Under the pieces are notes generated by a model. The model was not told the origin of the DNA. It did not search any database and saw only the letters and a list, made by a program, of their open reading frames with translations. From an uncultured Marinoscillum sp. (lineage in GTDB: Bacteria > Bacteroidota > Bacteroidia > Cytophagales > MED-G16), in the NCBI GenBank assembly GCA_964646945.1, contig CAZYIL010000001.1:6988-59789 (forward strand): a DNA stretch of 52,802 nucleotides, given 5' to 3'. Shown here one piece after another: positions 28,817 through 38,326 of the stretch (positions are counted from its first letter, which is position 1; each line of letters starts with the position of its first letter). Made by a program: the position numbers and the translations under genes.

Positions 28817-28860
28817 TGTTTTTATTTTAAAGTAAAATAGTGAGATTTAGGATTAATCTT

Positions 28861-28868
28861 TACATTTG
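28861..28868 (+). promoter_or_regulatory. TAnnTTTG box (TACATTTG) upstream of pheA
   Basis: Exact motif 21 nt upstream of the ATG at 28890. Confidence 0.4.
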
Positions 28869-28889
28869 TTTTTTTAATTTATAAATCTA

Positions 28890-29954
28890 ATGAACATTGA
28901 AGAATTACGTAGCGAAATAGACAAAATTGATAATAAAATCATTCATCTTTTAAATAAAAGAATGAGTTTTGTTAATGAGGTGGGAGAGATAAAAAAAAAA
29001 AATCAAGAACCTATTTATCGACCCGAAAGGGAAAAGGCCATCATTGGCAGATTATCTGAGGAATCTAAAGGAAAATTAACCCCTCAGGGAATAAAATCAA
29101 TTTTTCAGGAAATTTTTGCAGTTGCTAGAAATTTGGAATCTGATGATAAAATTTCATATCTGGGTCCAGAAGGCAGCTTTACACATCAAGCAGCTGAAAG
29201 CAATTTTGGCTCCTTTAGTTCTTATATTCCGTTGAATTCTATTAAAGCTGTATTTGAATCTTTAGAAACAAATAAATCAAAATTTGGTGTAATCCCGTTA
29301 GAAAACAATCAAGAAGGAATTGTTCAAGAAACAATAGATTTCTTAGGATCAAGTGATTTAAGTATTGTGGCTGAAATGTCATTATCTATTAGTTTTGTAT
29401 TTGCTTCTAAAGAAAAAAAAATTAGAGAGGTTGAAAAAATATACTCTAAAGACATAGCTTTTAAACAATGCAAGAATTTTATTGAAGAATATTTTGAAGA
29501 GACTATTCAGCTGGTTCCTGTGGGAAGTACCAGTAGAGCTGTATCTATGGCTAACAAAAATAAAAATTCTGCAGCTATATGCTCACGTATAGCAGCAGTA
29601 GAAAAAGGGCTCCCTGTTCTTTATGATAAGATTGAAAATTCATCAAAAAATCATACTAGGTTTATAGTCTTATCTAAAAATCATTCCAACAAAAAATCTG
29701 GTAATGACAAAACTTCTGTTTTAGTTCAGCTACCAGACGGACATGGAGTGTTGGCAAATTTTTTGCAAGAATTTCATAATGCTAAAATTAATTTAACCAA
29801 ACTTGAAAGTAGACCAGCAAGACAAGGAACAGATTTTAAATATGTTTTTTATATTGACTTTGAAGGGCATTATTTAGATAATAACTTTCAAATTATTTTG
29901 AAAAGATATGAAGAAAACATAAAAATTCTAGGCAGCTACGTGAGGTTGATTTAA
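28890..29954 (+). CDS. pheA: Bifunctional chorismate mutase / prephenate dehydratase (P-protein)
   Basis: N-terminal CM_2 helix (LRSEIDKIDNKIIHLLNKRM), a PDT domain (ISYLGPEGSFTHQAA) and an ACT domain with ESRP. Confidence 0.9.
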   Translation: MNIEELRSEIDKIDNKIIHLLNKRMSFVNEVGEIKKKNQEPIYRPEREKAIIGRLSEESKGKLTPQGIKSIFQEIFAVARNLESDDKISYLGPEGSFTHQAAESNFGSFSSYIPLNSIKAVFESLETNKSKFGVIPLENNQEGIVQETIDFLGSSDLSIVAEMSLSISFVFASKEKKIREVEKIYSKDIAFKQCKNFIEEYFEETIQLVPVGSTSRAVSMANKNKNSAAICSRIAAVEKGLPVLYDKIENSSKNHTRFIVLSKNHSNKKSGNDKTSVLVQLPDGHGVLANFLQEFHNAKINLTKLESRPARQGTDFKYVFYIDFEGHYLDNNFQIILKRYEENIKILGSYVRLI

Positions 29955-30985
29955 TCTTTTTGTCCTATTGTATATTTTTTCCATTTTGAAAGCAGGGTCT
30001 TAAAATCACGAGGAAGATTAGATTCAAAAAAAACATATTGTTGAGATTTTGGGTGTATAAACCCCAAAGACTTTGCATGGAGAGCTTGTCTTGGAAGAAT
30101 TTTAAAACAGTTTTCTACAAACTTTTTATATTTAGAAAAAACAGTTCCTTTAACAATATTATCACCCCCATACATTTTATCATTAAATATTGGATTTCCT
30201 ATATATTTCATGTGTGCTCTGATTTGATGTGTTCTCCCTGTTTCTAAATGACATTCTATCAATGAAACATAAAAGAAAGACTCAATAACTTTATAGTGAG
30301 TGACAGCTTTTCTTCCAAAATCGTTTTTAGGATAAGCTGTTATTAGTCTTCTATCTTTTATTGATCTTCCTAAGTTTACATCTATTGTTCCATGATTTTT
30401 TTCTAACTCACCCCATACTATTGCTACATATTTACGTTTAATCGTATGGTCAAAAAATTGTTTAGCAAGTGACATCATAGAGTTCTCGCTTTTAGCTATA
30501 ACCAACAATCCAGATGTATCTTTGTCAATTCTATGAACTAAGCCAGGCCGCCCCACATTATTTGGCATTTCCGGTAAATGATTAAAATAAAACACCAAAG
30601 CATTTACCAAAGTACCGGTCCAATTATTATACGATGGGTGCACTACCATTCCGGCTGGTTTGTTGACGATTAATATTTCTTTATCTTCATGCTGAATGTT
30701 TAATTCTATTTTTTCAGGAACTATTTTATCATTTCTTGGTGGGTTTGGCAATGAAACGATTATTGTATCTAAAGGCTTTACTTTATAATTTTGTTTAATA
30801 GCTATTTCATTTACTTTAACAAAACCATTTTTTATTCCATCTTGAATTTTTTTTCTAGATGTTCCTTGTAGTTTATCAATAAGATATTTATCTATTCTTA
30901 ATAAGGACTGTTGTTTGTCTACTATAATATTATGGTGCTCATATAACCCTTCAACCTCATTTTGTTTTTTTTTATAAGGAGTCAT
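29951..30985 (-). CDS. rluD: RluA-family 23S rRNA pseudouridine synthase (RluD-like)
   Basis: S4 domain (RIDKYL) and the catalytic motif HRIDKDTSGLLV. Confidence 0.9.
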   Translation of the reverse strand: MTPYKKKQNEVEGLYEHHNIIVDKQQSLLRIDKYLIDKLQGTSRKKIQDGIKNGFVKVNEIAIKQNYKVKPLDTIIVSLPNPPRNDKIVPEKIELNIQHEDKEILIVNKPAGMVVHPSYNNWTGTLVNALVFYFNHLPEMPNNVGRPGLVHRIDKDTSGLLVIAKSENSMMSLAKQFFDHTIKRKYVAIVWGELEKNHGTIDVNLGRSIKDRRLITAYPKNDFGRKAVTHYKVIESFFYVSLIECHLETGRTHQIRAHMKYIGNPIFNDKMYGGDNIVKGTVFSKYKKFVENCFKILPRQALHAKSLGFIHPKSQQYVFFESNLPRDFKTLLSKWKKYTIGQKD

Positions 30986-31025
30986 AAGATAATAATATTT
31001 GTTTTATTAAAAAGCAAGAATTTTT

Positions 31026-32390
31026 TTAAGTAAAAATATACTCATAAGCTTCTTGAATTCTTTTAAAAGAAGAAACAGTTATTTTTCTTTTTGTTGATTG
31101 CGTCTCAATTTTATTATAATACGGCACTATGATTTCTTTAAAACCAAGCTTTTCGGCTTCTAAAATTCTTCCTTCAATTCTACTTATAGCTCTTATTTCT
31201 CCGTTTAATCCAATTTCTCCAGAAAAACATATTTTGTTATCGATAGGCTTTTCTTCATAAGATGAAATAATTGAAAAACACATAGACAAATCGCCCCCTG
31301 GGTCATCAATTTTTAATCCACCTGCTACGTTGATAAAAACATCCTGAGAATTAACTTTTAAACCAATTCTTTTTTCTAATACAGCCAATATCATATTAAA
31401 CCTCTTAATATTATAACCATTACAATTTCTTTGCGAAGTACCATAGTTTGCCGTACTAACTAAAGATTGTATTTCTAAGATAAGAGGCCTATTGCCTTCA
31501 ACCACATTTCCTATACATACTCCACTTAAATTATTTTCTTTTTGAGACATTAGAATTTCTGACGGGTTTGATACTTCTCTTAATCCTGATTCTACCATTT
31601 CATAGATTCCAAGTGCATTAGTTGGTCCAAACCTATTTTTTTGAGTTCTTAATAATCTATAAGCTAAGTTTTTATCTCCTTCAAATAAAACTACTACATC
31701 TACCATATGCTCAAGAACTTTTGGACCTGCTATTATTCCATCTTTTGTAATGTGTCCAACAAGAAAAACAGTTTTTTTATTTTCTTTTGCATATTTCATT
31801 AGCTCAAAAGAACATTCCTTGATTTGAGAAATAGAACCAGGAGTCGATTCAATATTATCAGTGCTTAAAGTTTGAATGGAATCGATAATTAATATATTAG
31901 GATCCAGTTTTTTACTTGATAAAAACAGAGATTCTAAGTTTGTTTCCGAGTAGATAAAACAATTTTTATTATTACCCCCTATTCTTTCAGCTCTAATTTT
32001 AATTTGTTCTTTACTCTCTTCTCCAGACACATATAATGTTTTAAAATCTTTTAAAGCTAAAACAAATTGTAGCATCAAAGTTGATTTTCCAATTCCTGGC
32101 TCACCACCAATTAGAATAACTGAGCCAGGGACAATTCCGCCACCAAGAACCCTGTTAAGCTCTTCATCTTTTGTAGTAATTCTGGATTTTTGTTCACTAG
32201 AGACATCGTTGAGATTAATAGGTTGGTTTTCTTTGATGTTATTTTTCCAAATCTCTTGTGTTCTTTTTTTTTCTTTTATAATTTCTTCTATATAACTATT
32301 CCAACTATCACATTTTGAACACTTTCCCATCCATTTTGGGGAAACAGAACCGCAGTGTTGACATACGTATTGAGTTGTTGTTTTAGCCAT
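31026..32390 (-). CDS. radA: DNA repair protein RadA/Sms
   Basis: Zinc finger CQHCGSVSPKWMGKCSKCDSWNS, Walker A GGEPGIGKST, KNRFG motif and a Lon-like C-terminal domain. Confidence 0.95.
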   Translation of the reverse strand: MAKTTTQYVCQHCGSVSPKWMGKCSKCDSWNSYIEEIIKEKKRTQEIWKNNIKENQPINLNDVSSEQKSRITTKDEELNRVLGGGIVPGSVILIGGEPGIGKSTLMLQFVLALKDFKTLYVSGEESKEQIKIRAERIGGNNKNCFIYSETNLESLFLSSKKLDPNILIIDSIQTLSTDNIESTPGSISQIKECSFELMKYAKENKKTVFLVGHITKDGIIAGPKVLEHMVDVVVLFEGDKNLAYRLLRTQKNRFGPTNALGIYEMVESGLREVSNPSEILMSQKENNLSGVCIGNVVEGNRPLILEIQSLVSTANYGTSQRNCNGYNIKRFNMILAVLEKRIGLKVNSQDVFINVAGGLKIDDPGGDLSMCFSIISSYEEKPIDNKICFSGEIGLNGEIRAISRIEGRILEAEKLGFKEIIVPYYNKIETQSTKRKITVSSFKRIQEAYEYIFT

Positions 32391-32422
32391 TTTTTTTTAA
32401 CTTATAATTGAATTTTAATTTA

Positions 32423-33373
32423 ATGAATTATAAAAACGAACACAAAGATATTCCAGGGAATCCTTCAGCGGTAAAATCAAGTAAATATAAATTTAATGAT
32501 AGAATAAAAAATTCTAAACTAAAGGTTTTATCAGATAATGATTGGGATTTTTGGATACATAATGGTTATGTTGTGATTAAAAATGCAGTTTCAAAACGCC
32601 AAGCAATTCAAACAGGCAAATTTTTGTGGGAATTTGAAGAGAAAGATCCATTAGATTCAAAATCGTGGTTTTCAAAACCTAGAGCTGAAATGGAAATGAA
32701 AGAACTAGTTGGAACAGGAATGGTTGAAGCATATAACAATCAAACTTTATGGGATAACAGGCAGGAGAAAAACATATACAATGCTTTTGTTGATATTTGG
32801 GGAACATCAAAGTTATGGGTCACCATTGACAGAGCAAATCTAAATTTTCCTTTAAACACATATAATGAAAACAAAGGCTTTATTCATTGGGATTACGATC
32901 CTGACACAAAGCCCGTTAATGTTCAAGGAGTTTTGGCTTTATCAGACCAAACGGATCAAAATATGGGCGGATTTCAGTGCATCCCTAGATTGTTTAGAGA
33001 ATATGATTCTTGGAAACTATCACAACCGAAAGACAGAAATAAATTCCGGCCTGACATTTCAAGTTTTGAAACCGATATTGTAAAAGTTCCTCTATTGATG
33101 GGAGATCTATTAATTTTTAATAGTTTGTTACCGCACGGAATTAGACCTAATTTATCAAAGGACAAAATTCGGATTGCCCAATATATTTCTATGTTTCCTG
33201 CAGAAGAAGAAAATGATGCTTTAAAATCATGGAGAGTCAAATCATGGTCAGAAAGAATAGCCCCTGAAGGGTATGCTTTTCCTGGTGATCCAAGAAAATG
33301 GGAGCAAAATAAATATAAAAGAGCCAGATTAAATGAGTTAGGTAAAAAATTATTAGGCCTTAATTCCTGGTAA
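32423..33373 (+). CDS. Fe(II)/2-oxoglutarate dioxygenase, PhyH (phytanoyl-CoA dioxygenase) family
   Basis: NGYVVIKNAV opening, and an HxD...H facial triad candidate (FIHWDYD ... LLPHGIRPN). The ATG at 32423 is preferred over the TTG at 32408. Confidence 0.6.
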   Translation: MNYKNEHKDIPGNPSAVKSSKYKFNDRIKNSKLKVLSDNDWDFWIHNGYVVIKNAVSKRQAIQTGKFLWEFEEKDPLDSKSWFSKPRAEMEMKELVGTGMVEAYNNQTLWDNRQEKNIYNAFVDIWGTSKLWVTIDRANLNFPLNTYNENKGFIHWDYDPDTKPVNVQGVLALSDQTDQNMGGFQCIPRLFREYDSWKLSQPKDRNKFRPDISSFETDIVKVPLLMGDLLIFNSLLPHGIRPNLSKDKIRIAQYISMFPAEEENDALKSWRVKSWSERIAPEGYAFPGDPRKWEQNKYKRARLNELGKKLLGLNSW

Positions 33374-34138
33374 TTTTTTTGAGTTATTCCAATATATATT
33401 CATTTCTTCTAAGCTCATTTTTTTTAATTCTTTCCCATCTTTTTTTATCTCTGACTCCAAGAAATTAAATCTTTTTTTAAATTTTTTATTTGTTAACTCC
33501 AACGCTTCTTCAGGATCAATGTTTATAAATCTAGCATAATTGATAACAGAAAACATAAGATCCCCAAGTTCTTCTTTAATTTTTCTTTTTGAAGTTTCTT
33601 CTTGTAGTTCTTTTAGCTCTTCTTTAATTTTTTCTATAACCTGATTGCTGTTCTCCCAGTCAAAACCAATATTTTTTACTTTCTTTTGTATTATCATAGC
33701 TTTTGTTAGAGGGGGTAATGATTTTGGAACTCCATCTAAAACACGCTTTCTCCCTTTTTCTTTTAGTTTTAAATTTTCCCAATTTTGTCTTACTTGTTTT
33801 TCATTGAGGACCTCTTTTTTATTATATATATGAGGGTGTCTGGCGATTAATTTTTTACACAGTTTCATTATTATACTTTCTAATGTAAATAGTTTTTTTT
33901 CTGATCCAATTTTGGCATATAATATTATATGCAACAACAAATCTCCTAATTCATCTTCAATCTTTTTATTATTATTTTTAAGTATGGCCTCTGACAACTC
34001 ATAAACTTCTTCAATACTTAAATGCCTTAGACTATTTATTGTTTGTTTTTTATCCCAAGGGCATTTTTCTCTGAGTTCACTTATAATTTTAACAAGGTTT
34101 TTAAATAAATGTATATAGTTGTTTTTTTGATTTTTCAT
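33353..34138 (-). CDS. mazG: Nucleoside triphosphate pyrophosphohydrolase MazG (tandem MazG domains)
   Basis: CPWDKKQT, EEVYELSEAI, ELGDLLLHI, and a second domain with ELGDLMFSVIN. Confidence 0.9.
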   Translation of the reverse strand: MKNQKNNYIHLFKNLVKIISELREKCPWDKKQTINSLRHLSIEEVYELSEAILKNNNKKIEDELGDLLLHIILYAKIGSEKKLFTLESIIMKLCKKLIARHPHIYNKKEVLNEKQVRQNWENLKLKEKGRKRVLDGVPKSLPPLTKAMIIQKKVKNIGFDWENSNQVIEKIKEELKELQEETSKRKIKEELGDLMFSVINYARFINIDPEEALELTNKKFKKRFNFLESEIKKDGKELKKMSLEEMNIYWNNSKKLPGIKA

Positions 34139-34192
34139 TTTATTTTCTTTTGAAAAAACATCTTTATATCTAAAGATAAAAAGTTGTTTTGG

Positions 34193-34200
34193 TAACTTTG
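34193..34200 (+). promoter_or_regulatory. TAnnTTTG box (TAACTTTG) upstream of the small Cys-rich membrane protein / glmM genes
   Basis: Exact motif 16 nt upstream of the ATG at 34217. Confidence 0.4.
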
Positions 34201-34216
34201 CGAATATTTAATTATT

Positions 34217-34411
34217 ATGACCACAATATTATTATCAATTTTCTTTTTCGGACTTTTTATAGCAGCTCTATCCTTTAGAATAATTTTTTTGAAAGGAGGA
34301 GAATTTAAAGGGACTTGTGCTTCACAAAATCCTTATTTAAATTCAGACGGAGAGTCTTGTTCTTATTGTGGAAAAATAGTTAAACCCGGTCAGAAATGTA
34401 ATAAAAACTGA
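34217..34411 (+). CDS. Small membrane-anchored Cys-rich protein (NqrM/DUF539-like architecture)
   Basis: 64 aa with one N-terminal TM helix followed by GTCASQNP...CSYCG...KC. The architecture resembles NqrM-type maturation factors. The assignment is tentative. Confidence 0.4.
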   Translation: MTTILLSIFFFGLFIAALSFRIIFLKGGEFKGTCASQNPYLNSDGESCSYCGKIVKPGQKCNKN

Positions 34412-34417
34412 TAATTA

Positions 34418-35782
34418 ATGGTTCTAGTAAAGTCTATTTCAGGGATCAGAGGAACATTGGAAAATGTTCCTGGACAATCATTATCTAACGAAGACATTTT
34501 ACAAATAGTTTTGTCCTATATTAAAGAAGTGGTAAACATTTCAACACAAAACACTGTTATTATTGGAAGAGATGCTAGGCCTTCTGGAAAACGAATCAAT
34601 AAATTAATTGTAAAAATACTTTTACAGAATGGTGTTAATGTAATTGATTTGGGGTTAGCAACAGCCCCTACCATAGGAATATATGTTAAAAACCATTTAG
34701 CATCGGGAGGTATTATTGTTTCTGCAAGTCATAATACTATAGAATGGAACGCGCTCAAGCTTTTAAATAATGAAGGGGAGTTTTTAAATAAAGAAATAGC
34801 TGAAAAAATAATTAATTCCAAGAATAAAAATTATAATGTTGTAGAAAAACAAGGAGAATACAGATTTGAAGAACATGCTTTACAAGAACATATAGATAAA
34901 ATTTTAGCTTTAGATATTGTAAATATAAACTCTATAAAATCTCAACATTATAATGTAATTGTTGATGGGATTAATTCTGTTGGAGGAATTGCTGTACCAA
35001 AGCTTTTGAATAAATTAGGTGTAAAAAATATTTATCAACTTAATTGTAATCCTAACGGTGCTTTTGCACATAACCCGGAACCTCTTCCGGAAAACATAAT
35101 GCAAATAAGAAATATTATGCAAAAACAAAACTATGATTTTGGAATCGTAGTTGATCCTGATGTAGATAGGTTATGCTTTTTAGACAATACAGGCACTCCT
35201 GTTGGTGAAGAGTATACACTTGTTTTAGCCGCAAAACATGTTTTAGAAAAACAAAACAAAAAAACAACCTGTTCAAACCTTTCTTCAACAATGGCATTAA
35301 GAAAAATTACAGAATCTTTAGGGGGTCAATATTGTGCTTCTGCTGTTGGTGAAATAAATGTAGTTGAAAAAATGAAACAATGTAATGCGGTAATTGGAGG
35401 AGAGGGCAATGGTGGCGTTATTTATCCCGAGACTCATTATGGTAGAGATGCTTTAGTGGGAATAGCTATTATTCTTTCATTATTATCAGAAAAAAACATC
35501 TCTTTATTACAAATTAAAAAACAAATGCCTCAATATTTTATTTCAAAAAATAAAGTTATTTTCGACAAGGATTTTGAATTAATAGTTAATAAATTAAAAA
35601 AAGAATATGTTCATTATAACATAATTACTATAGATGGAATTAAAGCTGAAAGAGACGAAGAGTGGTTTCATGTTCGTAAATCCAACACGGAACCCATTGT
35701 AAGAATTTACGCAGAAGCTTCATCGCTAGATGCTGCTGGTTTGTTAGCTAAAGAAGTTCTAGACAAGATTAAAACTATATAA
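34418..35782 (+). CDS. glmM: Phosphoglucosamine mutase (alpha-D-phosphohexomutase family)
   Basis: Active-site VSASHNT, the Mg loop DPDVDR and the sugar-binding GGEGNGG. Confidence 0.85.
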   Translation: MVLVKSISGIRGTLENVPGQSLSNEDILQIVLSYIKEVVNISTQNTVIIGRDARPSGKRINKLIVKILLQNGVNVIDLGLATAPTIGIYVKNHLASGGIIVSASHNTIEWNALKLLNNEGEFLNKEIAEKIINSKNKNYNVVEKQGEYRFEEHALQEHIDKILALDIVNINSIKSQHYNVIVDGINSVGGIAVPKLLNKLGVKNIYQLNCNPNGAFAHNPEPLPENIMQIRNIMQKQNYDFGIVVDPDVDRLCFLDNTGTPVGEEYTLVLAAKHVLEKQNKKTTCSNLSSTMALRKITESLGGQYCASAVGEINVVEKMKQCNAVIGGEGNGGVIYPETHYGRDALVGIAIILSLLSEKNISLLQIKKQMPQYFISKNKVIFDKDFELIVNKLKKEYVHYNIITIDGIKAERDEEWFHVRKSNTEPIVRIYAEASSLDAAGLLAKEVLDKIKTI

Positions 35783-35786
35783 GCAA

Positions 35787-36923
35787 ATGAATATTTATTT
35801 TGATAATGCTGCTACTACTCAATTAGATAAACGTGTTTTAGATACAATGATTCCATTTATGATTGATAATTATGGAAACCCATCCTCTATTCATAAGCAT
35901 GGAAGAGAAGTTAAATCTGCTATTGAAAACTCTAGAAGCAAGATTGCTGATATTTTGGGAGCGAGACCAAACGAAATCTTTTTTACATCAGGAGGAACGG
36001 AAGCAAATAACACATTTTTGATAAATACAGTATTGGAAAAGAAAACCTCAATCGCTATTACATCTAAAATCGAACATCATGCAGTATTACTTGCTTTAGA
36101 GGAGTTAGAAAAAAGAAAGTTATTAAAAATCCTCTATGTGAATCTAGATTCTCAAGGACATATTGATTATAAGCATTTAGAACAATTACTTATTAATAAT
36201 CCTGAGTCACTTGTTAGTTTAATGCACGGTAATAATGAAATAGGTAACCTTACAGATATAGAAAGGATAGGAGATCTTTGCAAAAAAACTAAATCTATTT
36301 TTCACTCAGATACCGTACAAACTATTGGGCATTTTAATCATAATCTTTCTAACAATAATATACAGTCTATTGTAGGGTCGGCTCATAAGTTCCACGGACC
36401 CAAAGGAATCGGTTTTTTATATATCAATAGTGATTATACAATTCCACCATATATAATGGGAGGAGCTCAAGAAAGAAATATGAGAGGGGGAACAGAAAAC
36501 GTTTCTGGTATTATTGGTCTTTCTAAAGCTCTTGAATTAGCAACCCTCGAAATGAAAGAAACTAAAAAACATATAATAATGTTAAAATCCAGGATGATTA
36601 ACTTATTAAACAATAATTTAGATCAAGTTTTATTCAACGGTGATTCTAGTAGTATGACTAATAGTTTATACCATGTATTGAACATAGCTATACCAAAAAT
36701 AGAAGACAAACAAATGTTTCTTTTTAATTTAGACATTAATAAAATTTCTGTTTCAGCTGGGAGTGCGTGTTCTAGCGGGTCACAAAAAAATTCGCATGTC
36801 ATTGATGAGTTAAAGCTGGATGAAGATTATAGTCCCGTTAGATTATCTTTTAGTAAACTAAACACAACAGAAGAAGTTGATTATGTAGTTGATAAAATTG
36901 TTGAACTCCATAAAATAAGCTAA
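35787..36923 (+). CDS. Cysteine desulfurase (NifS/IscS-like, class V)
   Basis: GGTEANN, SAHKFHGPKGIG (PLP lysine) and SAGSACSSG (catalytic Cys loop). Confidence 0.85.
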   Translation: MNIYFDNAATTQLDKRVLDTMIPFMIDNYGNPSSIHKHGREVKSAIENSRSKIADILGARPNEIFFTSGGTEANNTFLINTVLEKKTSIAITSKIEHHAVLLALEELEKRKLLKILYVNLDSQGHIDYKHLEQLLINNPESLVSLMHGNNEIGNLTDIERIGDLCKKTKSIFHSDTVQTIGHFNHNLSNNNIQSIVGSAHKFHGPKGIGFLYINSDYTIPPYIMGGAQERNMRGGTENVSGIIGLSKALELATLEMKETKKHIIMLKSRMINLLNNNLDQVLFNGDSSSMTNSLYHVLNIAIPKIEDKQMFLFNLDINKISVSAGSACSSGSQKNSHVIDELKLDEDYSPVRLSFSKLNTTEEVDYVVDKIVELHKIS

Positions 36924-37498
36924 GGTGTAGCTAAAAAGATTATATAACCATATAATCCATATCTTATAAACCTTGATAGTGCAAACAAAAAATATTTTTT
37001 ATGATCATATCCAATAGCTCCAATTACTGCGCTGGTTCCAGAAAAAGGCAATGGAGTCAAAGCAGCAACAATTATTGCAATACCTCCATATATATTTATT
37101 TTCCTTTCATATCTGCCTATGATATATTTTTTCATTAAATGATAAAGTGTTGTTTCGTGTAAGTATTTTCCAAAAAGAAAAGCAAATATTCCTGCAAAAT
37201 ATGAAATGGTAGATAATGCTAAAATCAAAAAAGGATACATTTCAGGGCCTTTATGATTTAAAATCCAAATCATAAAAAATTCAGGAGGGATGATTCCAAA
37301 AATAATTTCTGAGAAAAAAAACACAACAAATACAAAAGCGGTAGATAAATCTTCCAAATAGTTAATAGCGGCAAGATTTTCAATGTCAACGTAATCAATA
37401 AAAAATCTATAAGCAATAAGCAGAAAAGTAAGAAGGACGAGACCTTTAGCAAGATTTATTAAAAAAAACTTCAATTTAACCTTATCTGACTTCTTCAT
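36920..37498 (-). CDS. Integral membrane protein, VTT/DedA-YqaA-like
   Basis: 192 aa with about 5 TM helices and a TPLPFSG segment reminiscent of SNARE-associated/VTT domains. Confidence 0.45.
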   Translation of the reverse strand: MKKSDKVKLKFFLINLAKGLVLLTFLLIAYRFFIDYVDIENLAAINYLEDLSTAFVFVVFFFSEIIFGIIPPEFFMIWILNHKGPEMYPFLILALSTISYFAGIFAFLFGKYLHETTLYHLMKKYIIGRYERKINIYGGIAIIVAALTPLPFSGTSAVIGAIGYDHKKYFLFALSRFIRYGLYGYIIFLATP

Positions 37499-37568
37499 TT
37501 TGTTAATTTTCTTTTAAAGATATACTTCATTAAAATAATAATGTTTATATATATAAACTAAGAATAAT

Positions 37569-37576
37569 TATTTTTG
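37569..37576 (+). promoter_or_regulatory. TAnnTTTG box (TATTTTTG) upstream of lptB
   Basis: Exact motif 7 nt upstream of the ATG at 37584. The spacing is very short, so this is either a leaderless-type transcript or a chance match. Confidence 0.25.
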
Positions 37577-37583
37577 TTTCATT

Positions 37584-38324
37584 ATGCGTAAAGAGTTATT
37601 AATTGCTGAAAGCATATCTAAACAATACAGATCTAAAACTGTAGTAAATTCTGTTTCACTAACAGTTAAACAAGGTGAGATAGTAGGGCTTCTTGGGCCT
37701 AACGGAGCAGGAAAAACAACATCATTTTATATAATTGTTGGTTTAATCCAACCAAATGGAGGAAAAATCTATTTAGGTAAAAAAAACATAACTTCTCTTC
37801 CTATGTTCAAAAGAGCTCAAAAGGGCATTGGATATTTAGCACAAGAAGCATCAGTTTTTAGAAACCTTTCCGTTGAAGATAACTTATATGCAGTATTAGA
37901 GTCATTAAATTTCTCTAAACAAGAACAAATACGTCGAGCAGAAAAATTAATTAATGAATTTGGATTGCAAGAAGTTAGAAAGAATTTAGGACGAATTCTG
38001 TCTGGAGGAGAGAGAAGAAGAACAGAAATTGCCAGAGCTTTAGCCACAGAACCTAAATTTTTATTGTTGGATGAACCTTTTGCAGGTGTTGATCCGGTAG
38101 CTGTTGAGGAGATTCAAAATATAATTGCAGCTTTAAAAAAGAAAAATATTGGCATTCTTATTACAGATCATAATGTCAATGAAACTCTATCCATAACTGA
38201 CAGAGCATACTTAATGTTTGAAGGGAGACTGCTTAAGTCTGGTTCTGCTGAAGAATTGTCTTCTGATCCTCAGGTTAGAAAAATCTATTTGGGACAAAAC
38301 TTCGAATTAAAAAGGAAAATTTAA
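37584..38324 (+). CDS. lptB: LPS export ABC transporter ATP-binding protein LptB
   Basis: GPNGAGKTT, LSGGERRR, LLLDEPFAGVDP, and the LptB-type C-terminus ...VRKIYLG. Confidence 0.9.
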   Translation: MRKELLIAESISKQYRSKTVVNSVSLTVKQGEIVGLLGPNGAGKTTSFYIIVGLIQPNGGKIYLGKKNITSLPMFKRAQKGIGYLAQEASVFRNLSVEDNLYAVLESLNFSKQEQIRRAEKLINEFGLQEVRKNLGRILSGGERRRTEIARALATEPKFLLLDEPFAGVDPVAVEEIQNIIAALKKKNIGILITDHNVNETLSITDRAYLMFEGRLLKSGSAEELSSDPQVRKIYLGQNFELKRKI

Positions 38325-38326
38325 CA